Part shown: positions 25,490 through 32,839 of the stretch, piece after piece
How the letters are laid out: each line of letters opens with the position of its first letter
Position numbering within the stretch: the stretch's first letter is position 1
Source: Pseudomonadota bacterium
GTDB taxonomy: Bacteria > Bdellovibrionota_F > JAHFAK01 > JBDREC01
Length of the DNA stretch: 32,839 bases
NCBI GenBank assembly: GCA_043820105.1
Contig: JBDREC010000097.1
Location: 1-32,839, forward strand
Direction: 5' to 3'
Made by a program: the position numbers and the translations under genes
Notes under the pieces: model-generated
What the model was told of the DNA's origin: nothing
Database searches by the model: none
What the model saw: only the letters and a program-made list of their open reading frames with translations

Positions 25490-27970
25490 GTGAAAGTAAA
25501 GTGCATAAAAAGTTTTATAACAACTATTTTTATTGTATTTTTATCAATTTATTTCCTTTCATGTTCACGACTTACAGATTCAACTGATACAACAGGTGAT
25601 GGTTCAAGCACAGAAACAACAACAATTTCTGTAACAGAAGATGTGCTAGCCCGCGTTTTAGCTAATATTACTACAAATGGAGTTAATTTAGGAATTCCTG
25701 ATACTGCCCTAGAAGAAGATGCAAACGTTGCCCTTAATTTGTTTTTTGAAGAAGACTTTGTGGATTATTTGACAGAAAACGGAATTACTATCTCCTATGA
25801 CAATGCTGAATACGCTAGTGGTATTCAAATCTCCTTTAGCAACGCTGATGGCAACGCTGTTAGAACAGCTGATAATATATTCTTGTCAGAAGACATCAGT
25901 TCACTTAGCTTAGACCTTTTTGATGAAAGTGCAATTCCAGGTGCAATTCCTTCTGCAATACCAGGAGCGATCCCTGCAGTTATTCCAGGTGCTATTCCAG
26001 GTGCTATTCCAGGGGCTATTCCAGGAGCAATACCTTCATTTTTGAAAGATTACAAAAATTCCGAAACACCTGACTTTACAATGATTGCCTTGGCAATCAT
26101 TGATGGCGAGGTTTTTGAAATTCCAATTTATTTAAATGAAGACAGTACCTTAATTGTTTTTGTAATTCCAGCTGATGTATCCAGTATCGAAATTGTAATG
26201 TTTGCAGTAGGAATTGATTCAATTTTTTCTGTTATCACAACGAATAGTGCTGGTGAAAGTGAAACCTTAGAACTTGATGATTTAGAAGAGCTTGAAGTTG
26301 AAGATGAAGCGCAAAGCCAAAGTGGTAGTAGAGATGAAGAAGATGGAACTGAAACAGAAGTTGATGAAGATGATGTAACAGAAACAGAAGATGATGAAGA
26401 TGATGAAACAATAACATATCCAACAATTGTTTCAACAGTACCAGCAGATGAAGAAGGAGGTGTTTTTGATACAAGTTATTTTTCTGTAACATTTTCAGAA
26501 GCAATGATTCCTGGCACCATTGACACAGATGTTACAGGCGGTGATTGCGATGGTACTTTCAATGTTTCTTGTGATGCATTTTCAACATGTATTAAAATGA
26601 GAAGTGCACCTATTCCCTCAGAGGGAAATACAGTTTTCACAATCACTCCAGACGATGAGTATCTTACTTCTCAAGCAGATTGCAAAATCAGAATTAGAAC
26701 TGTTGCAGAAGATAGTGATGGCAATAATCTTCAACGCGAATACATATCCACACATGATTTTGAAATAAACGCAGATGATGGTTTACATTTTGCAAGCGCA
26801 CTTACTTATGATTCATCAGGAAATGCTGGAGGATTTCCTGATCCAATTACACCTGTAGAACTAAAAGTTGGATACATGGATGGGGACAGTTACGCTGATG
26901 TTGTGATTGCAAATGCTGGATCAAAAGATATAACAATTTTATATGGAGCAATAGAAGGTTTGGATACAGCAATAGGAAGAAATCCTTTTATTTCCTGCCT
27001 ACCATTTGGAGAAATTAATCCAAGTGGATTGGAACTAGGGGATATTAATAATGATGGTTTAGACGATGTTGTTGTAATTTTTGATAGTGGAGATGAAACA
27101 TATCAATTTTTAAATACAGGCTCAGGGAATGCTAGATTTGATTGTACTGATGAAACTTATAAATTCTACCAATCAATTATGGGAACGGATAGCAACATGA
27201 CTGGAGTTGCTCTTGGGGACATTAATAGAGATGGGAATTTAGACATAGCTGTTTCTTCAAGTGATTCTTCTGCATTCACTTATTATGCAATGGGAGATGG
27301 TACTGGTTCTTTTGGTATATCTCATTCTGCTCTTTCAAGCTCAATCTTTCATCATGATGTATATCTCGGTAATTTAGATGAACCTATAAACTCTGCAGAA
27401 GATGATTATGATGATATTGCTATTACAGCCACTAACCCAAATTATAACTATATTGATGATCTTGGTGTAAATAGAAGCTTGAGCTCGGGAGATGGGGATT
27501 ATCCCTACTATAGCGATGCCTTATATCGTTTTTTTGAAGATGAGACTTTATACCCTGAAGTTATACAAGGAGAAGATATAAACGGTGATGAATATACTGA
27601 CCTAATGACACTCGATAGCTATTCTGGTATACTTAGTATATTCATAAATGAAGGAAATGGAGATGGAAATTTCACTGCAAGTGAAACTAATTATGTTACT
27701 GGTGCCAATGCAAGTGATTTTATTTTATACGATATAAGCGGTGATGGTATTTTCGATTTAATAGTTGCAAACACAGAAGATGATACAGTTAGCATAAGAA
27801 TTGGAATGGGAAATGGAACCTTTGGGGGAGAAGAATTGCTAAGTGTTGGAGATGGCCCTGTTTCAGTTGCTGCTGGAGACATTAATGGAGATGGAACTCC
27901 TGATATTGTTACAGCTAATGAAAATGATGGAACAATTAGTGTCTTGTTGGGGACTGGATTTGATGAATAG
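25490..27970 (+). CDS. Surface lipoprotein with (AIPG)9, Ig-like domain and FG-GAP/VCBS repeats
   Basis: Lipobox FLSC; PTIVSTVPA..VTFSEAM Ig-like start; multiple GDINxDGxxD repeats. Confidence 0.85.
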   Translation: MKVKCIKSFITTIFIVFLSIYFLSCSRLTDSTDTTGDGSSTETTTISVTEDVLARVLANITTNGVNLGIPDTALEEDANVALNLFFEEDFVDYLTENGITISYDNAEYASGIQISFSNADGNAVRTADNIFLSEDISSLSLDLFDESAIPGAIPSAIPGAIPAVIPGAIPGAIPGAIPGAIPSFLKDYKNSETPDFTMIALAIIDGEVFEIPIYLNEDSTLIVFVIPADVSSIEIVMFAVGIDSIFSVITTNSAGESETLELDDLEELEVEDEAQSQSGSRDEEDGTETEVDEDDVTETEDDEDDETITYPTIVSTVPADEEGGVFDTSYFSVTFSEAMIPGTIDTDVTGGDCDGTFNVSCDAFSTCIKMRSAPIPSEGNTVFTITPDDEYLTSQADCKIRIRTVAEDSDGNNLQREYISTHDFEINADDGLHFASALTYDSSGNAGGFPDPITPVELKVGYMDGDSYADVVIANAGSKDITILYGAIEGLDTAIGRNPFISCLPFGEINPSGLELGDINNDGLDDVVVIFDSGDETYQFLNTGSGNARFDCTDETYKFYQSIMGTDSNMTGVALGDINRDGNLDIAVSSSDSSAFTYYAMGDGTGSFGISHSALSSSIFHHDVYLGNLDEPINSAEDDYDDIAITATNPNYNYIDDLGVNRSLSSGDGDYPYYSDALYRFFEDETLYPEVIQGEDINGDEYTDLMTLDSYSGILSIFINEGNGDGNFTASETNYVTGANASDFILYDISGDGIFDLIVANTEDDTVSIRIGMGNGTFGGEELLSVGDGPVSVAAGDINGDGTPDIVTANENDGTISVLLGTGFDE
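25931..26038 (+). repeat. Coding 12-bp tandem repeat, 9 units of AIP(G/S/A)
   Basis: AIPG AIPS AIPG AIPA VIPG AIPG AIPG AIPG AIPS, with varied synonymous codons. Confidence 0.9.
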
Positions 27971-28131
27971 ATCTTAGATAAGTAAATATTTTAATGAAGG
28001 CCTTACCATCAAACAATCCAAAGCATCTTCAACAACACCCCTGCCCTGGCGCTGCGCATTATTTTTATTGACAGGTTGCTTCAAACTTATTATTCCCCAA
28101 TAAACCTAAACAACCTCGATGGTGGACTTTT

Positions 28132-29757
28132 ATGAACAAATTTATATTTTTCTTGATATTTATTTTACTTATCACAACATCACTATTTACCAAACCATTG
28201 CGATTTTATGAAAAGTTTGTTGATATTACTTATGATACTTCAAGCTTGTTTTCCATACTAGATCTAAAAGACAAGGACGGAAATGGCTTAATTGATAAAA
28301 ATTCAAAGGATGTTTATAATTACTCTTTTGACATCAATAGTGATGGTATAGTCTCTGAGCTTGAAGCAAAAATATATTTAAGATGGATGGATATTCCTTA
28401 TTTGATTCAAAAACAATTCCCAATTCATGTAAATGAATTAGCTCAAATAAACATTTTATTTCAAGAAGCTTTTAAAAAGGCTGGAAGCATAGAAAATATT
28501 ACAAAAAGAGATCTGGAAATTATCAGATTACTAAACCTTATTATTGATACCAAACTTTTTGAATTAAATGTAGAAGTATTAAGTGAAGTCACAGATAACC
28601 AGGAAGTTCGGAACTTAATATTTGAAAGTCAAAGGCTTAAATATTTTAATGAGACATATGAACAAAGCAGAGAAGAATTTGTTGAACTTGGGAATTTACT
28701 TATCCAAAGCCAATCAATTGAAGGATCATATCAAGGTGAAATTAATGTTGCCTGCACAACAGACGATGATCTTACATTTAATTACGTCTATATCCCAGCA
28801 CTTGAAAAAGAAAAGAATTTAATCATTGTTAGCTCAGGAGTCCACGGCATAGAAGGCCATGTTGGCTCTGCTTTACAAAGATTTTATATGAATAAATTAA
28901 TAGCGGAATACGATTTAGATAACTCGCAGCTTGGCTTTTTATTTATCCATTCAGTCAATCCTTGGGGTTATAAATATTCAAGAAGAGCTTCTGAAAACAA
29001 TGTTGACATGAATCGCAATTTTGACATTAGCCATGAACTATTTGAAATTCAAAATGAAGGATATGATTTAGTCACTGGCCTTTTAAATCCAGAACATAAA
29101 TATAATGCCAAAGATCCATTTTTTATGACTGCTCTTCTAAATATTTTAAAATACGGTAAACCTGCATTGACTCAAGCCATTGCCCAGGGTCAATATGTTC
29201 ATTCAAAAGGAGTCTTTTTTGGTGGCAAGGACTTTGAAAGTCAAAACAAAGATGTTGAGCAAATTCTTTTAAACATTCTTCCTTCTTATGAAAAAGTTAT
29301 GGTTCTTGATATTCACACAGCTTATGGCGAAAGAGGCAAGCTTCACATGATTGCAATGCCCTCAAGGGATGAGGAGCTTGAACTTATTAGGGATTATATT
29401 TTTCAAGATGTTCCTATAGATAAACCATATTTAGATCCTGAATTTTACACTATTCATGGAGGCTTTGCTGATTTTGTTACAAAGCTTTGCCATGATGAAG
29501 TGCAATCTTGCATGCAGATGGCACTTGAGTTTGGAACACTTGATTCACAAACAACAACAGGGGCAATTGAAACAGTAAGGCGCTTTGTAGCAGAAAACCA
29601 GGGTTATCACAATGGATATAAAGGCAAGGCCGATGAAATCAAAGTTAAGGATGATTTCAGAGAAATGTTTTATCCGAGTGATAGACAATGGCGTTTGAAA
29701 GCCTTAGATCAAGGTGAAAATGTAATAGATAGTGTTATTAATAGAATGAGTGAATAA
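28132..29757 (+). CDS. Secreted DUF2817 / M14-like zinc carboxypeptidase with N-terminal EF-hand-like loops
   Basis: SGVHGIEG, VNPWG, RR.SENNVDMNRNF, DIHT and LEFGT; DKDGNG and DINSDG loops. Confidence 0.85.
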   Translation: MNKFIFFLIFILLITTSLFTKPLRFYEKFVDITYDTSSLFSILDLKDKDGNGLIDKNSKDVYNYSFDINSDGIVSELEAKIYLRWMDIPYLIQKQFPIHVNELAQINILFQEAFKKAGSIENITKRDLEIIRLLNLIIDTKLFELNVEVLSEVTDNQEVRNLIFESQRLKYFNETYEQSREEFVELGNLLIQSQSIEGSYQGEINVACTTDDDLTFNYVYIPALEKEKNLIIVSSGVHGIEGHVGSALQRFYMNKLIAEYDLDNSQLGFLFIHSVNPWGYKYSRRASENNVDMNRNFDISHELFEIQNEGYDLVTGLLNPEHKYNAKDPFFMTALLNILKYGKPALTQAIAQGQYVHSKGVFFGGKDFESQNKDVEQILLNILPSYEKVMVLDIHTAYGERGKLHMIAMPSRDEELELIRDYIFQDVPIDKPYLDPEFYTIHGGFADFVTKLCHDEVQSCMQMALEFGTLDSQTTTGAIETVRRFVAENQGYHNGYKGKADEIKVKDDFREMFYPSDRQWRLKALDQGENVIDSVINRMSE

Positions 29758-29793
29758 ACTTAATTTTGCATAAATAAATTGTGGGATAGCCAA

Positions 29794-31173
29794 ATGAAAA
29801 CTATAAAAATATTTCTAATTTTATTATTTTTTTCCTTAAACATATTTGCTTTTGACTTAGAAAAGGCTGGCAAAGTTGAAGTATCATTAAAAGTAACAGA
29901 AATTGATACAGGACTCTATTTAGGAGAATATTCCTATACTGTTTTTGATGATAATGCTGAATGTGATTTTGATAGATATTTTTATTCTAGGCTTGTTGAA
30001 GTAGAATTAGTCAATGAACATGCAACAGATCCAATAGATAAATGGAAACCAGTTCAAAAAGAAGAATTAAAAGCTTCAATAATCTTGCTTCCGCCATCTG
30101 CTTCAAATTTTGACTTTTTTAAAATTGGTGAATTAAAAGAATCAATCGCTGGATATTTAGCTTATAAAGGAATGGATGTATATGGATATTCGCCAAGAAC
30201 CATGGGCATACTGGAAAATGACTGCTCTTTATTAAGCTTTAATAAAGCATGTAAAAAAATGAAAACCTGGGACCTTTTACAATATCATCAAGACATTGAT
30301 AAACTAAGAGAAGAAATTGCAAAAACCTGGAAAGATGAAAAGCCATTTATTTTCGGCTTTTCAATGGGAGGAATTATTGAATACACCCTCTTAAACAAAG
30401 ATCCTGGTGCTTATCAAGGAGCAATTATTTATGATGGTTTGATTTATCTTAATCCCAATAATGATCAAGAGAAAGAAAATTTCATTGCTGAATATAAAAT
30501 GGCTTCATATACTTTTGCCATAGCTTCAAATTTTCAACTTGCCTATTCAATGCCAAGCTCAAAGTTTAGAAAAGCACACAAAAATAATAGCATTTTGAAT
30601 TCTGATCAAATCATTAGTGAGGATACTTTTAATGAAAAATTATCTGAGTATTATGACATTTTCAATTCTGTCGTAAATGCACCATTTGGGCTTTCGCCAT
30701 GGTATAGAAAAACGACTCCCAGTGAAGACAATCATTTCAAATATGCCTCAGAAGCTAAAATCAATTCATTTGCTGCACGTGTTAATTATTACGATATAGG
30801 AGCATGTTATGTTGATATTTACAAAACATTTTCTAGAAGTGATGAACATTATAAAAACCTTTATAATTACACTGCCCCCACATTAATAATTGAAGCAGGC
30901 AATGGAGTGGGTGATTACACCAATGACTCGATTAAGCTTTTAGGAAGTGAAGAAATCTATTATCTCATGGGATTAATCAACAAAAATGATCCCTTTGAAA
31001 ATATAAATATCACTATCGCTGATTCAAGCCAAAGAGCCTATTACAGATATCTTGATAATCAGCATGAAAATATATTTGAAGACTTCGCCCACTTTGATCA
31101 CTGGGCTCATGAAAATTCGTTAGAGTTGCTTGTTGAACCGGTTTGGGAGTTTATCTATAATATCATTCAATAA
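29794..31173 (+). CDS. Secreted alpha/beta-fold hydrolase
   Basis: Signal peptide, LAYKGMDVYGYSPR, nucleophile elbow GFSMGG and C-terminal FAHFD. Confidence 0.8.
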   Translation: MKTIKIFLILLFFSLNIFAFDLEKAGKVEVSLKVTEIDTGLYLGEYSYTVFDDNAECDFDRYFYSRLVEVELVNEHATDPIDKWKPVQKEELKASIILLPPSASNFDFFKIGELKESIAGYLAYKGMDVYGYSPRTMGILENDCSLLSFNKACKKMKTWDLLQYHQDIDKLREEIAKTWKDEKPFIFGFSMGGIIEYTLLNKDPGAYQGAIIYDGLIYLNPNNDQEKENFIAEYKMASYTFAIASNFQLAYSMPSSKFRKAHKNNSILNSDQIISEDTFNEKLSEYYDIFNSVVNAPFGLSPWYRKTTPSEDNHFKYASEAKINSFAARVNYYDIGACYVDIYKTFSRSDEHYKNLYNYTAPTLIIEAGNGVGDYTNDSIKLLGSEEIYYLMGLINKNDPFENINITIADSSQRAYYRYLDNQHENIFEDFAHFDHWAHENSLELLVEPVWEFIYNIIQ

Positions 31174-31252
31174 TAAATTACACCTTAATACTTGACACTT
31201 AGCTCAACTTTGAATATTTAAAAATAATTAAAATAAGTGGATTATTATAATC

Positions 31253-31561
31253 ATGATGATATATAAAATTCCAAAATTAGTAAGCTTTATAAAAGAAAAT
31301 CCTTTGTCTTATTGTAACAGCGGAAGTGGAAATACCACAGTTTGGGGTTGTCGTTCCGGAGCCGAGAACTCAGCGGGGGCTTGCGGAACAGGATCAGGCG
31401 TTGACGATGCTGCATGCCAAAACGGAACTGAAAACTCATCGTGTAGTTGTACAAATGGTCTAAATACAAGTTTAACTCCTGGATCTAATTGCATTGAAGG
31501 ATCAGGAAATTCTACTGGTGATACGGGTGATGAATGTGGTGTAGGAACTATTCCCACCTAA
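31253..31561 (+). CDS. Cys/Gly/Ser-rich CxxG-repeat peptide, putative RiPP precursor
   Basis: Leader YKIPKL (YxxPxL) followed by seven CxxG motifs at roughly 11-15 aa spacing. Confidence 0.7.
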   Translation: MMIYKIPKLVSFIKENPLSYCNSGSGNTTVWGCRSGAENSAGACGTGSGVDDAACQNGTENSSCSCTNGLNTSLTPGSNCIEGSGNSTGDTGDECGVGTIPT

Positions 31562-31779
31562 TTTTAATTTTTAAAGAACTCATAAAAGAAATCCTTTGAA
31601 GTTTTTTTTAAAGAAGGCAATTTGTTGCCTGGATATAATACTCTGTAGGTGAGACCTTAAAGCAAAGTACATATATCAATAACAGAATCACAGATATTAA
31701 GGATTAAGCATATGAGGAATAATTAATTAAAGTATACTATTATATTATAAGCTTATCTTTTTTTGTTTTCTAATAATAA

Positions 31780-31808
31780 TTGACTTCAAAATTCTAAAAT
31801 CATATATA
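31780..31808 (+). promoter_or_regulatory. Possible tRNA promoter
   Basis: TTGACT, 17 bp, TATATA, about 35 bp before the tRNA. Confidence 0.45.
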
Positions 31809-31841
31809 CCCTAAATCGAATATGTTTCGATGTTATCACAA

Positions 31842-31916
31842 CGGGGCGTAGCGCAGCCCGGGTAGCGCACTTGCATGGGGTGTAAGTGGTCGCTGGTTCA
31901 AATCCAGTCGCCCCGA
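31842..31916 (+). tRNA. tRNA-Pro(GGG), CCA not encoded
   Basis: Acceptor CGGGGCG/CGCCCCG-A, D arm GCGC/GCGC, anticodon arm CTTGC-ATGGGGT-GTAAG and T arm GCTGG-TTCAAAT-CCAGT. Confidence 0.96.
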
Positions 31917-31936
31917 TTGAAATGTTCAAATGATTT

Positions 31937-31972
31937 AAGCGACTTGTTGTTTATTCGATGAGTCGCTTTTTT
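31937..31972 (+). terminator. Terminator-like hairpin after the tRNA
   Basis: AAGCGACTT...GAGTCGCTT followed by a T-run. Confidence 0.6.
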
Positions 31973-32001
31973 CGTTTTATTGCTATGTACTCAGAATGTA
32001 C

Positions 32002-32839
32002 TCAGCTTTTATGCCAAGAAATTGCTTTTTTATTCTGAAAATCTACTCTTACAACTTCTAATTGTGGCTTCCCAAAATTCAGCAATTTTCTGGCCTTTTC
32101 AAGAGTCTTTGATCTTAAAAGTTCCTGCTTTTTACTGATAGCAAGATAATTTCTCTCATTGGTCTCAAGAGTATGCCCAAGCCAAAATGCAGCTTCATCA
32201 CCTGTAAATCCTTTTTCTCTTAACCAAAGATTTACATTCCTTCTTAAATCATGAGGAATAACTCTTCCATCCAGTTTAATATCTGTTTCATTTACAGCAG
32301 TTTTAATCAAGGTGTGGAACGCTCTAATAAATGTTTTTCTTCTAAGCCATTTCTTCAAGATGCCGTCGTAGTATGGAAATAAAAAGGGATATTCTACTAA
32401 TTCAAAATCTTCATTTCTTTTTCCAATCACACCATAGATCTTATCCTTCTTGTGCTTTTCTAATTGAGTCTTAATAAATCTGATAGAGCGTTCAGATAAA
32501 GGAATCTCTCTTGTACCAAGTTCAGACTTAGGGCTAAACCCAAGGCCATAATCCATAGGGCAATCGTCCTTTTCAAATATTCTGATTGAATGAAAGTTAT
32601 CTATAGATGGATACAAGTTATGAGTGCTAAGAGTTGAATCTTCTAAAGTACGCAAGCCAGTTTTTCGACGAAAATGAAAGTGCTCTTTAGTATCATGTGA
32701 AATTAGTGCCATTATAATGAAAAGCATCTCTCGCTTCTGTATAAATTGTTGTATAACAATATTATTATTAAGATACAAGAAGGAGAGACGCAATGAATAG
32801 TTATATTGGAGCAGATTTGCATTCAAAGTCAATAACTTT
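32002..32839 (-). CDS. Tyrosine recombinase / integrase (probably 5'-truncated by the window edge)
   Basis: TGLR, HDLRR, LGH and RNY give the R...HxxR...H...Y catalytic set. The frame stays open to the window edge. Confidence 0.85.
   Translation of the reverse strand, partial: KLLTLNANLLQYNYSLRLSFLYLNNNIVIQQFIQKREMLFIIMALISHDTKEHFHFRRKTGLRTLEDSTLSTHNLYPSIDNFHSIRIFEKDDCPMDYGLGFSPKSELGTREIPLSERSIRFIKTQLEKHKKDKIYGVIGKRNEDFELVEYPFLFPYYDGILKKWLRRKTFIRAFHTLIKTAVNETDIKLDGRVIPHDLRRNVNLWLREKGFTGDEAAFWLGHTLETNERNYLAISKKQELLRSKTLEKARKLLNFGKPQLEVVRVDFQNKKAISWHKS

Larger units (their letters stand above)
31917..32839. mobile_element. Boundary of an element integrated at tRNA-Pro
   Basis: Integrase gene ends about 85 bp from the tRNA 3' end; tandem ATGTACTCAG repeats at 31985-31994 and 31996-32005. 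Confidence 0.65.

Noticed and set aside
1620-31557. Short ORFs in the track that overlap larger genes (e.g. 1620-1820, 3528-3743, 8915-9193, 9893-10165, 21394-21621, 24604-24882, 26235-26504, 31309-31557)
   Set aside because: They are antisense or alternate-frame shadows of well-supported CDSs, with no recognisable motifs.

Overview
AT-rich bacterial window, probably from a deltaproteobacterium-like anaerobe or microaerophile (inferred from the hcp, pilin, RRM and acidic lipoprotein content). From the left it carries a highly structured ~250-nt leader RNA in front of an off-window gene, a type IV pilin, hcp with a perfect Fnr/Crp-type box, an ACT protein, an SBBP lipoprotein, FKBP, a Gly-rich membrane protein, RNase HI and an RRM protein. 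The centre is an 11-kb, 10-gene minus-strand catabolic cluster: GNAT-like protein, thiolase-fold protein lacking the nucleophilic Cys, DUF35, DUF2877, FdrA/YahF, DUF1116/YahG, cyclase-family amidohydrolase and a three-subunit xanthine-dehydrogenase-family Mo enzyme. To its right are a lipoprotein, a decayed UraA-type permease, LysR, a DJ-1/PfpI protein with a candidate sigma54 promoter, an FG-GAP lipoprotein with (AIPG)9, a DUF2817/M14 peptidase, an alpha/beta hydrolase, an orphan CxxG-repeat RiPP-like precursor, tRNA-Pro(GGG) and a tyrosine integrase at the edge of an integrated element. Gene junctions are filled with many different 7-9 bp tandem and inverted repeats and a duplicated 26-bp palindrome. 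The best candidates for new biology are the catabolic cluster, the structured leader RNA and the junction repeats. All calls were made by eye, with no database searches.
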